Positions 10,711-29,387 of a stretch of 64,000 bases of DNA are shown here, one piece after another. Where the stretch lies: positions 11,417,332 through 11,481,331 of the forward strand of contig CM119267.1 in the NCBI GenBank assembly GCA_051294375.1. Direction: 5' to 3'. Numbering within the stretch: position 1 is the stretch's first letter; each line of letters starts with the position of its first letter. The notes under the pieces were generated by a model. It searched no databases, was not told the DNA's origin, and saw only the letters and a list, made by a program, of their open reading frames with translations. The position numbers and the translations under genes are program-made. The stretch is from Paraspadella gotoi. Taxonomy: Eukaryota > Animalia > Chaetognatha.

Positions 10711-13689
10711 ATGTATCCTGTAAATTTCGTTTTGATCTTCATATTTTCATTGGCGACTCTGTCTTTCAGCGATGACCAAAAGGTACCGAGTTTAACACTT
10801 TACACGTCCAATTAAACTCATTTTTTTGAAAGCGTTCCATGATTGGCCGTTTGAATTTTCAAAAACAAAACGTAAAAGATCCATTTTCTATATTGCTATA
10901 TTCTATATTCTATATTCTCTATATTGCTTTACAATTTTTTCGCGTGCTTTCTTTCTTTCTTTATCTATTTTTCTCTTTCTTTATTTCTTTTTTCTTTCTT
11001 TTCTTTTCTTTTCTTTTCTTTTCTTTTCTTTTCTTTTCTTTTCTTTTCTTTTCTTTTCTTTTCTTTTCTTTTCTTTTCTTTTGAAAGATCTCTCATCTCA
11101 TTTATTTAATAATTTCTATTTTTTTCAAAAGTAATATTAGGTCATTCAACCTTAACGAACCCGTTTTTACTTCCAGGTCGTGCTCATCCGTGTGGACGAT
11201 CCACTTCGCTTCGTCTGTCTAATGGACTTCGATTCGCAATGGACGAAATTTTACAAATGCGCCGATGAACAGGACGACGAAGTCGGCGACGACAAACACG
11301 TTGTCGCCCATAACGACTTCAAAACCGATGATTGCGTCCTGATACATTCCTCGTCGACGGGCGAATTCACCGTCGCGAGATGGCGCGCTACAAAGATTCT
11401 ACTTCCGAGTAACCATGACGAAGTCATGGAGAGTCAGCGAATACACGCACTCNNNNNNNNNNTACAAATGCGCCGATGGACAGGACGACGAAGTCAGCGA
11501 CGACAAACACGTTGTCGCCCATAACGACTTCAAAACCGATGATTGCGTCCTGGTACATTCCTCGTCGACGGGCGAATTCACCGACGCGAGATGGCGCGCA
11601 ACGAAGATTCTACTTCCGAGTAACCATGATGAAGTCATGGAGAGTCAGCGAATACACACACTCGATTTTAACGACATTTTCGGCGGAGAGGACGAGAGGC
11701 GTGTTTCCAATAAAGCATTACATCGAGCCTTTGTCTACTCGTTGGACGCCGTCGATTCTAGCGACGCCGGATACTACACCTGCGACGTCGGTCTGAAGAG
11801 GCACTTCGATGTCGTCGTCGTCGTCATCGAACTACCGAAAATCATTTGGCGACGCCTTGACGAAACCGACAACGCCGTCATTAGCGCCGCTTGCTCCGTG
11901 CGCCACTCCGGTGCGTTGGGCGTTCAGTGGACGTTTGAAGAAAGCGGCGTCCTCAAATACGGCGTAGAAAATTGGCCCGACGTCAAAGTCACGTCGACCA
12001 GCGCTGATCGCAAAACGCCGTCATCTCACGGGGCGAAAAAGGAGACGACAGAGACGACGACCACGACGACGATAAAAATCGGTGTCGACGAGAGACTTGG
12101 AGGAAAGAGACTCTGCTGCCTCGTGAAGCATCGACCCGATTGGCGGAGCTGCACCACAGAAATCGTCTTCGATTTAAAGAATTCCTCGATCCCGTCAATC
12201 GTTGCATCGAATGTATCGTCGTCTTCGTCGTCGACATCTTTTAAGACTAATTTGCCTCTGGATTTTCCGTCCCCAACTTCATCGCCATCGATGCCAGAAT
12301 CTTTTTCTGAATCCCTCATAAGTTCACGCACGATTCCTCGGGCTACCTCAAGCCCACGCGTTTTGACGGCAACCACAAAACGGCCTTACCACCGCCGCAA
12401 CAACTTCACAAATTTAACATCGAGTTTTATGACGACGACGACGACGACGACGACGAAGAAGAAAATTAATTCGACGAAGGCAATTTTATTGAAATCTAAT
12501 TTGCCGATATTCATTTTGGTGATGCCGTCGTCGTCATTGTCGTCGTTGTTATCGTCATCGTCGTCTTNNNNNNNNNNCGTTAACGGTTTCTTCACCGTTT
12601 TTGACAACAAAAATTCCACAGACGTGGTCATCGTCCATTCAAAATGTAACATTGTTCTCTTTATCATCAACGCCAATCTACTCTACGCCTTTTTCGACGA
12701 TTTCTCCGACGACCCCCTCTCTCGATCCTTCGACCACCTCGCCAATCTCTCGAACATTCACTCCTTCGTTAATTTTCAAAGCGTCGTCTACACCATCACG
12801 TGCGCCTGTCACGTCGCAAACTCTCGCGCACGTGACGTCCGCGCGGGAAAAGTCGGTTTCGTCGTCCGTCGCAATTCCTCCACCAATGACAATATCGACG
12901 ATCCCTTCCAGGCCGATGTTGTCAAGTTCCTCGACCGACCGACCGTGGCTTTCTTTCTCCTTCACCTCCGACTTCACTTTCGTTTCTCCGTTTACTCTTT
13001 CTCCTCTCTCCTCGTCCTCTTTTCTCCATCCAACTCTCGCCTTCACTGATTCATACGTTTCTCGCTCTCTCCAGTCTTCAAACCCATCAAACTCCTCTTT
13101 GACTCCATCCCTTTATCCTTCCAGTTCTACTCTTTCCAGCTCTTCGAGATCTCTGCTCCTGTTTACGTTGTTTGCTTCGCTTCTTTCTCCTTCAAATTCT
13201 TCCTCCATTTCCTCGTCCAGGATTTCCTCAAACTCATTATCCCTACAAACCTCGAGCCACTTTTCCCAGAGCGCTCCTGCAAACTCGCCCACCGCAACCT
13301 CAAACTCTTTCACGTCCATCAACTTGACCGCCTCGCCAATGATTAGCGGCGTCGAAGAGCCATCTGGTAGCGTCGTCGCGCAATCCGCCCCTAAGACCCC
13401 CGTCACGACCTCTACGTTTCCAACACAGATCAATGCTGCCCAAACTAATCTTAAAACGAATCACGTTGAATCACAGGGGACGCCTCTCCCAAACTCTTCG
13501 TCGTCTTCGTGGAGACCGTCAGTGTGGCTGAGACAACGCGACGTCATAATCCTAATCGTTGTCGTCGTCGTCATGTCCGTCTTTGTTGTCGTCCTAATCG
13601 TCGTCGTCGTTTTGTCGAACAGAACAATAGATTCGGACGAGCGGAAAAGGCGTGGCAAAAGTAAGAGATCGATCGTTTGCCGGTGAGTC

Positions 13690-13737
<48 letters not shown>

Positions 13738-14918
13738 GTGCTAATATCATCCGTTACCCTCTAACACCCAGCTTCTACGCGAAGACTTCTTTAAGCCCCC
13801 AAGCGCTGAGCGTCTCCTCCGACACAAAACAGAGATGAGACAACTACTGGGGCGAAGCGCTGAAGATGCCTCCGACAGCGGAACAAATGAAGCGCCTTGG
13901 TACAGTAAACTAGATATCATTTGTTGCTGATTACTCTCTCTCTCTCTCTTCTCTTTTTCACTAGCTAATTATCATCCGCAACCTCTAACAACCAGCTTCT
14001 ACGAAGATTTCTTCTTGAAGCCCCCAAGCCTGAGCGTCTCCTCCGACACAGCGCAGAGATGAGACAAGCTACTTGGGCGAAGCGCTGAAGATGCCCCGAC
14101 CAGCGGAACAATGAAGCGCCATTGGTCAAGTCAACTGAGATTATCATTTGCTGATTACTCTCTCTCTCTCTTCTTTCTTCTATGCTAATTATCATCCGCA
14201 ACCTCTAACAACCAGCTTCTACAGAAGATTTCTTCTTGAAGCCACCGAAGCCTGAGCGTCTCCTCCGACACAACGCAGAGATGAGACAGCTACTTGGGCG
14301 AAACGCTGAAGACGCCTCCGACCAGCGGAACAATGAAGCGCCGTTGGTACAGTCAACTGAGATTATCATTTGTTGCTGATTACTCTCTCTCTCTCTCTCT
14401 ATCTCTCTCTTTGACGATTCCCCGCGCCCCCTAATCATGAGATGGGGCAGAATGTCGATATCATAAGTCGTTTTTTATTTAAACCACCATTGGCATTAGA
14501 CTATAAATTTTTTTGCGGAATACCGGCGTCCTGAGCACCTAGAAATTATTTATTATACATAGCGGTTTATATGAAATCGATTTCATATACTGCATTTAAC
14601 TTAAAAGGAATTTATTTATCATTTTTTTTATGTTTCTATGTATTGTAGTTTTAGTTTGACTTGTACAGGCTCTAAATTGTTTTAAAAAAGGATATAGGTT
14701 AAAGTAACTTAAGCTCGCGTTTATTTTCACTTAAACTTTTTAACACTTATTGTACAGTACTACTTTCTTTAATAGTAAATACCACATTTTTCTCCCTCCA
14801 GGTTAATGAAGCGATGACCAATCGAAGATCGTTTTTGCTCCCGCGTCTGTCGATCGAGACTGAACCTGCAAAAACTGCCAAAACTCTACCTTTGAGTCAA
14901 ACACAAATTTTTGTTTAA
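10711..14918 (+). CDS. Type I membrane Ig-superfamily protein: signal peptide, IgV, IgC2, Ser/Thr/Pro mucin stalk, TM, cytoplasmic tail ending in a PDZ-type motif (nectin/CADM/TIM-like architecture)
   Basis: Exons 10711-10782 (MYPVNFVLIFIFSLATLSFS), 11177-13660 (two 10-N gaps, one artefactual 201-bp duplicate), 14216-14346 and 14802-14918; phases 0, 1, 0 are all compatible. Ig motifs 'LRFVC..SQW', 'DSSDAGYYTC', 'AACSV..VQW..RLCCLVKH'; TM 'VIILIVVVVVMSVFVVVLIVVVVL'; C-terminus 'TQIFV*'. About 860 aa plus unknown gap content. Confidence 0.8.
10990..11082. repeat. (TTTTC)n microsatellite in intron 1 of the Ig gene
   Basis: Direct observation. Confidence 0.95.
13740..14410 (+). repeat. Three tandem ~220-bp units, each containing acceptor, cytoplasmic-tail exon, donor and (CT)n
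   Basis: Exon-like copies at 13772-13899, 13996-14124 and 14216-14346. Only the third has an intact 131-nt phase 1-to-0 frame. Confidence 0.9.
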
Positions 14919-15590
14919 CGTCTCTCAATTCGATTAAAATAATGGATTCTGGGGATAATAAAAAAGTATGGCAATTCATACCCAAATATAAGAAAGAGAT
15001 AGATCACCAATGATTCTAGCAAAACGGGTTTACTCACCTGGTAAAGATTCGAAATGAGTTGAGGAAAAGAAAAAAAAACAAATAAGAAGAACTAGCCCTT
15101 CCGTTAATACCTCATGTCTCCATCTGCACCATAAAACCGACGTTGATGACCGCAATATTTCTTGTTTATTCTTTTACGATCAGGATTGTTTGCGCCGAGT
15201 TTCCCGAGCGACTTGGAAATATTTTCTGTACAAAGAGCGACATTTCCTTTCTTAACATTTGATTTGTAATTGTATCTACCTAATTATCAATGTATAGCCT
15301 TTTTTTTTCGTATATCCATTTACGCTTAGTTCTACTGTTTTCAGTTTTTCCCAACGTAAACGGAATACATACACCACGTCGGATCCCATAAAGCTTTAAT
15401 CTAAACAATAGTAACGAGGCCGATTTCCATGACTCCACGCCGCTATTATATTTCAAAACCATTTTTTTCTCTCTTTCTCATTTATTTGCAGACGCATTAA
15501 AAACAAAGGGAATTAAAAACAAAAGGCACACGCTCGAAAAAAGGGGATGCATCTTTTATCGCGCGTCTTATCTCCTCTGCCAGCAGGAGA

Positions 15591-15648
<58 letters not shown>

Positions 15649-15845
15649 TTGTTATAAATATATATCTGATTTGGAAACATGAGGCACCCAGTGCTTTAGT
15701 AACTGGAAGGTTTGACAAACAAGACTACAGAATTAGACACATCACCGCCCATCGACGCTACGATTTTTAATCCCGGTGTGCATCTCACCAATACAGTCTT
15801 AAAAACGACGGCGATGTCAAGGATAAGAACGAAGACGAAAACAAG

Positions 15846-15879
<34 letters not shown>

Positions 15880-17234
15880 TCGACTTGGAAGACGACGATC
15901 TTTTTCAACCAACCGTGTCATTCACCTTTTTCCACCTGCGGTGATCCCAGCCTCGGAATTTTTTTTTTGCCGGGTATAAAATCAAAGAGTGAAAGTCGAT
16001 CCTCGGATATTTTTTTTCCCTCGAATTCCATCACATTCTCGAATTGCCTATTGTTTTTTTTTACTAATTTTACCATTCGAAAGTTGTTTTCTCACCATAA
16101 TACTAGTATTAAAGTTTGATCGCTTTATGTGTCTTAAGACTAATCCAATTCTATCGTTTTTAACTTTTTCAATTTTACTTTTAACGATCATCTGTTTCTA
16201 TTTCATTTAGAGTGGCAGTCGACGCTGATAAACAAATTCTCATCGCACCTATGCAATTCCGGGTCGATACGATTATTTAACGAAACTTATTGGCGATACT
16301 TCCCCAGCAAGGCCCAGGATTCGAAATGAAGTTCGGCAGCGAGTAAGTCACGAATGATATTATATTGGTAACAAACCAATTTGCGTAAAAGTTTTTTGAA
16401 AACTAGTGCGGAGTACATTACATTATTCACGGATCATAAGGGAATGTCTTTTCAGTTACATTGAAACATTCTATTGAAATATATAATACCACTTCATTTA
16501 TAGGGAAGCCAGGTAAGTGAATAAAACAAGACTGAGAGAGTCTTATTTTTAAAAGTTTGCAGGGACCTGCTAGTATGTCATTATCTTAGTTAGAGTGATG
16601 GAGCGTTAAACCACCAAAGACCCTGATCCATTAAAGGCGGGCCAAAATGAACACTTTTTATAACTTTTAATTCTCTCAAAAAAATTCCTTTTTTCCTTCT
16701 CAATTACTAAATCGATTTTTCCAATGCAAACTTTTGGAATTAGTTCAATTGGGTTGTTGCACTGGAAGCTTTTAAATATTTTATTAATATCATAACAAAT
16801 GACAAAAAATTTTTTCAAAAAATTTAGTTTTTTAAGAACGGATTCCTATAGAGCTTGAAAAAGTTAAATTGAAAGTTAGTACTACAATTTTAAAAATTTT
16901 GACAAGAAATTGCGTTAAAAACAGAAAAAACGTTTAAAAAATCATCATCAATCATCATCATTGCCCTGATTTATAGTTTTTTAAAATTTATCAATAAAAA
17001 CAAAAAAAATTTTAAAAAATTGTTGTATTAATAACCTTTATCTAACTTTTAAATAGCTCTATCAGAATCCATTAAAAAATTGAAAAAATTCAAAAAAAAT
17101 TTAAACTTTTATATAGTAATAAAATTAATCCTTTAAAATGCTTCCGCGCTTATTAATAAGATAATTTCTTAAAATTATTTTATTTCATATTCTCTAACAG
17201 TCACTTAATCCATTATCTTTTAAGACAGTTGGCA

Positions 17235-17310
17235 GTTAACAACCTTCCAGGCCTGGTCCATAGCTTATTTATTAAATAAATGATAATTTTATATTGGTTG
17301 TACCAATTTT
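17235..17310. repeat. Copy of a dispersed short repeat family (MITE/SINE-like)
   Basis: Core '...gcctgtccaaa...gatagcttatt...tattggttgtaccaattt' or parts of it recur at ~7110, ~16540-16630, ~18910-19170, ~21170, ~29690-29800, ~33064-33225, ~33460-33620 and ~35090-35226, in both orientations. Confidence 0.7.
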
Positions 17311-20086
17311 AGAAAATCTACCCACCTAGATAGACCATCACCGAATGCAAAACATGACGTCCTCGTCTTTATTCTCATCATCTCTTCCCAACTTCTCTTA
17401 ATTGTCTTTCTCTTTGTTTTGTCTTTTCTTTTCTTTTGTCTTGTCTTGTCCTTCTGATCAATATCATTGTTGCTGTCGTCAAACAGTACCTCTTCTGCTT
17501 TATCTACGGTCGCCTTCAGATGGCGTTTTTCCGCCTGGAGACTTTACGTTTATTACTCCGAGCTGAAATGGCGTGGCCGAGTGACGTCGTCCCGTAATAG
17601 ACCTCGGTTGTTTATTTTCGCTTCGCTGTTAGTCGTAACTTTCTCCGGATAAACTGGTAAATGTGCAGCGGAATAGTGGTCGAGTTTATGATAGGTGGCA
17701 CTAGTTGTGGTCTGGTCGTGATTTAATTGTGGTCTAACGACTCAACATATGGCCAAATGCGATTGGAATTGTGACATACCCGTGTTTTCAGTCGACCTGA
17801 CCACCCGTCGGGTTTTGTAAATACAAACAGAAACGGATTCTCAGCATCCTGATGTTTAAGGTTTAAATATTTAAAGGTTTATTCGATTGCCAACAAGGTT
17901 AATTCGAGTACAGAAAACAAACTAAACATACATACATAAGTCTACAAAATGAGTTTAAAAAAAGGGGGCGAAAGGGAAAATAATAATGATAATAAAGTAG
18001 TAACAGTAAATATATATCTTATTGTACCTTGATGCTAGTGCGGAGGACAACATAGTTCCCTTCACTAATACTATTTGGGCAAAAAGTATATCACATTTTT
18101 AGTGGAGTTTATCTACTTGAAAACTTAATAAATTTTTATAATCTATATTATATTTTTTAGTTGTAAATACTTGCGGATAACTCTATAAGTTACATTTTGG
18201 TTGGTCTGTCGCTCCATCAGTCCGTAGGTTGGTCGGTATGTTAGACCGTTGGTCTGTCCCACTTACGTTAAAAATATATATAATTTGCCTATAGTCGGTT
18301 GCTCATTTGTTAAGACAGAAAAAACCTCAAATCTAAGGGCCTTTTGTGCCGCCTTCAAAAAGTTCTAAAACAATAAGGAATAAAAAAATTACTTTGGCGT
18401 AACATATTAGAATTACTATTGTTATTTGTGTAGCTTCTTTTTATTTTTTTGGAGCTTAAATTGTTTAAAGGTTATAAGCAAAAAAGATTGCTACCTTAAA
18501 TAAAAAAGGGAAAAAAAATTTAAATTTAATATCCACTATTCCTGATATTGAGTCATTTCTTTTTATTTCAAATTAAGTTTATTATTTTCTTTTATTTTTT
18601 TAATTTGGCTATGCCAAAGGTACCACACCTCTTTTTGGTTCATGAAAGTGCTATTGTACTCTTATAAAATAAGAAAAAATGCAATAATTTATCAGCAATA
18701 GATTTGGACTCGCGTTAAAGGTGTAGAAAAATATCTCACTGTCATATCTCAATTTGCTGTATAAGAACATTCACAGACAAAGGCAAAGCATACCAAATAT
18801 TAAGTAGGTTTTGCCCATATTTTGTATATTTTTTATTAAATAAATGAACTTTTTAGCAACTATATAATATACTTTTTGTCTAGATGGTACTTAAGGGAGT
18901 GGTTCTTTTATGAAATTGGTACAACCAATATAAAATTATCCATTATATTAATATATAATTTAAACAGTTCATAAAAATATTATACCAGTCTATTGATGGT
19001 AAAGGCAAGTGCTCTGGGAATCAATATACTCGTCTGTGACAAAGTCTTGATTAAAAGCTTGCAGTGCCTTGCTATTTTAGTATTTCGTTAGAGGGATGGA
19101 GGCTTTAACCACCACAGCCTGTCCAAAATCAGGGGTAAGATAGCTTATTCATTGAATGAATAAATAAGGTCGCTCCCAAAAACCAAGAACCAGTTTCTCT
19201 TCATCGATGATTAATAGCGTTGAGGGTCAATGGAGGTCGATACTCGAATTAGTATGCCGATTCTGCCCCAATCGATAATATTTCGCTTCGTTTCACTCAT
19301 TAAGCCATGGTTTTCTCCGTCCGGTTCTATAGGTTGCATAATGCATATGGATTCCAAAGGTCGATTTCTGGATATAAAAAGTGACTTTACTTTGGTCTTT
19401 GGTTTTGTCGCAAGACTCTCTCCTAAGAAATAATGTGGAACGTGTGTATGACAAGTTTGAAAACTAAGGTGGGGAACTTCTAAATATTTAAATATTACAT
19501 ACTAGATCGAAATAAAGAAAAAAAATATGAACGCCGCTTATATACATAAATAGACGAGAAGGGGCGGGGGACTTTGATTAAGGGCCAGGGGTTAACAAGG
19601 GAGAAAACGAGAAGGCGCACCGGAAGCGAAAAATGCCGCTGCCGCCGCCGCTCCACATCCGGCGCCGCTTCGAGACATTTAATGGCGCCATTAACCGAGC
19701 GGCGATGGCGTCAACCACCCGCGTCGTCGTCGTCGTCGTCGTCGTCGACGTTGTTGGCATCGTGAAGCGAAAATAACGTCACTCTCTTTTATTTAGTCGT
19801 CACAGTCTCTTTCATCGTCGTTGTTGTTGCCGTTGCATTTGTGATATAAAATAAAAGAGCCTACCTTCGCTTTATTTGATTAGTGATAGTGATTAACACT
19901 GAAAATTTCTTTCAATCATTATCCTTCTTTCTTTCGTTATCGTCCCCAATAACATCAGAGTTCCTTTGATTGAAATCGTCTTTGCGTTCGCACGGTCGAC
20001 GTTGGCAACTATTTTCATGATTGGTAGTCAAATAGTTGAAGACTAGTGATAGTCATCCCACTCGTCACCGCCATCGCCGCCGCATT

Positions 20087-20103
20087 TGACGTAATTGACG
20101 TAA
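20087..20103. promoter_or_regulatory. Tandem CRE/ATF-like sites (TGACGTAA x2), candidate promoter of the lactonase gene
   Basis: TGACGTAATTGACGTAA lies ~100 bp upstream of a strong donor (AAG/GTAAGG at 20199). That donor could splice to the acceptor at 21507, 7 nt before the lactonase ATG. Confidence 0.3.
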
Positions 20104-20637
20104 TTGCTGCTGTCGAGAGACTTTCGTGATTAAAGGCGACAAAAAACGACGAAGGACGTAACTTCGTTCCCCACGAGCTTGACGTTAAAAATAAAAAGGT
20201 AAGGCCTTCTGAGCGGCAGAAACGGGTGAGGCAAATTGAATGGCGTCTCTAACTGTGAAAGGCGGACGGCGTGAAATAGGAAAAAAAAAGGCAGAGCGAG
20301 AGAGAGTGAGAGAGAGAGCTCAATCGAAAAACCAACGAGTTGAAAAGCTCAATACAATTCCTATTTTCTCTCTCTCTCTCAGTTCTCTCGCCTCACTCTC
20401 TCTCCTTCACTCGCTAACGTTGCTCGCGCGTGTTTCGTACAATTTTCCTCCTTGTTAATGACGAACATCAAGGCTGTTTTATAACCGGAGCCCAGCCCCC
20501 GCTTCTTCGCATTGAAGACGTCGTCCCTGAACTATTTGTAGATGATGTGCTGACGACTCTTTGCCTTTCAGCTCTCCTTTTGTTCGAAACGCGGCGAGAT
20601 CGTCTTCGTCTCTCTCTCTCTCTCTCTCTCTCTCCCT

Positions 20638-20682
<45 letters not shown>

Positions 20683-21514
20683 CTCTCTCTTCTCTCTTCT
20701 CTCTCTCTTCTCCATCCCACCAATCTCCCCTCCTCGTCGTATTTGGTCCAACTTTGTCTCTATTTTTGTCCCTCGTTTCTTTTCTTTCTTTCTCCGTTTC
20801 CCCAATCTTTTTCATCTTCTTCTCTCCTCTATTTTTTTTCTTTCGAGTTGTCATTTTATTTCTCAAAATGGTTTTTCGAGGAACGCATCTGCCTGGGACT
20901 CGTTTTGAGTCGCTTGGAAGATCAGTTAGTTCGACTCACAGAATTTTTTTTAAATAAAAAAAACACAGCAAACGTTTTTGAAGGCTGGAGATTTCTTTTT
21001 GGGAGGTACACGAGTTCGTCGTTCTGACGAGGAGGGGACACGGCTGATTTTTTTTTCATTTAAGATCCGGTTGACTTTTAATTAATTTAATTCCCCTTGG
21101 GCAAAATCACCTTCTAAAAAATGATAAAAACATTTCATATAATTTATCACCATCGCAGAAATATTTTTATGAAGTTGGTACAACCAAAATTTTAGTAAAA
21201 TTTCGAACAAAAATTATTGAAAAGGAAATAGAAGCCTTTAATTCTTTAAAACGTTAATATTTAACCTATAAATATTTTAAAACTTATAAACTAATAATTA
21301 ACCCAAATCCCTAACCCTAACCTTGATCCCTAATCTAATCCCTAACATAATCGTAACCCTAACTTCCAACATAATTTTTAACTAAAAAAATTGATCGTAT
21401 TTTGAATTTAAGATAAAATGGGGCAATCTGGGAAAATAAGGCCTCGATTTAATTTGTATTCGTCTTTAAATTTAATGACTTTTCTTTATTTTCATTTGCA
21501 ACCCCAGACCTTCG

Positions 21515-27907
<6,393 letters not shown>

Positions 27908-29332
27908 TATTCTGTCCCTTGGGGGCCGTCTCTGTCTCTCTCTCTCTCTCACTCTCTCTCTCTCTGGCCTCTCGGCAGGACCGGCTCGTTCCGGCTCGCG
28001 CTCTGCCTCTCGACCGCCTCTTATAAATCACCGAAAAGCGTAAAAACTGTTTTTATGATCGGTGCAAGGGCGAAAGGGGTTACGGGGTTATGGGCGATGG
28101 CTTCGACGGGCTGGCGGGGCGGGCGAGAGAGCGGGCGCCGGCCAATGGAAAAGGAAGCCGAGCGAAATGATAAAAGAACAACGTGTCGCCGCGTCGCCTA
28201 CCGATGAGAGAGAGAGAGAGAGAGAGAGAGACCTTTTTTTGAAAACTTTTTTAAAGGCGGGAAAAGTTGTTTATTTCTTCTCGACTGTGTTTTCTCGCGC
28301 TTTAAAAACAGAGGCAATGATCACAAATTAAAAGTGTTTTTTAATCAATCTCGTCGTTTGTGGGTAGGAATTACCATCGGTAATCTAGCTTTATGATGTA
28401 TCTGGTGAAATTCAATCATACAGCTAGACAACCAAAGAGCGACTCCGACCCCAGCGTCATCGACATCGTGTCGTCAAAGCAGACTCNNNNNNNNNNNNNN
28501 NNNNNNNNNNNNNNNNNNNNNNNNNNNNNNNNNNNNNNNNNNNNNNNNNNNNNNNNNNNNNNNNNNNNNNNNNNNNNNNNNNNNNNNNNNNNNNNNNNNN
28601 NNNNNNNNNNNNNNNNNNNNNNNNNNNNNNNNNNNNNNNNNNNNNNNNNNNNNNNNNNNNNNNNNNNNNNNNNNNNNNNNNNNNNNNNNNNNNNNNNNNN
28701 NNNNNNNNNNNNNNNNNNNNNNNNNNNNNNNNNNNNNNNNNNNNNNNNNNNNNNNNNNNNNNNNNNNNNNNNNNNNNNNNNNNNNNNNNNNNNNNNNNNN
28801 NNNNNNNNNNNNNNNNNNNNNNNNNNNNNNNNNNNNNNNNNNNNNNNNNNNNNNNNTGATCCCCTCAGAAGGAACGGGGATCCCGAGGAGCGAACCACGA
28901 GAATCGAACCCGACCAAAAAAAAGTGGACAAACCAGTTGAGCGAAACGACCGCACGGCGGGACGAGACAGAGAATAGGACCGGTTCCACCTTTTTGCTCC
29001 CCGATTGGGTTGGAACGGAGATATTGATTGTATTGATCCGCGGTGTATTTATACAGCATTAGCATTAGCCTTCGGCGTTGACTTGTGTCGTTCATCCTTT
29101 TTGCATTAATTCGGGGTCGAATCGTAAAACATTTGAATAGTTGGAATGTGAGACCGAAATTGTTTTAGAATTCATTTTACCCATGGCGATAACGTTTTTT
29201 TCTTTTATGGGTTTATTGTAAAAATAATGTCGATATCGTCTGGACCATAATAGATTGTTTAAGATTGACTTTGGACCAATAATCGCTTAAACACGACGCG
29301 CACCGCAGAACGTAAACCGGTTCTTGGGCGAC

Positions 29333-29387
<55 letters not shown>

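Noticed and set aside
11252-11663. Internal tandem duplication in the Ig V domain
   Set aside because: Two 201-bp near-identical copies flank a 10-N gap and differ by a few SNPs, which is typical of unmerged haplotype contig ends.
13618-14918. IL-1-receptor (Ig-TIR) identity for the Ig gene
   Set aside because: The reconstructed tail (~95 aa) has no TIR boxes, and the ectodomain has two Ig domains plus a mucin stalk rather than three Ig domains.
15712-16330. Thr-rich ORF plus a possible small downstream exon
   Set aside because: Driven by a (GAC)n repeat; no convincing start, a weak donor and no recognisable domain.
21300-21365. Telomere-like CCCTAA repeats
   Set aside because: Short, degenerate and interstitial; a common microsatellite remnant.
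28393-28989. Long ORFs spanning N gaps (also near 30.2k, 33.9-34.5k and 51.9-55.2k)
   Set aside because: Open only because Ns contain no stops; the flanks are too short to assign.
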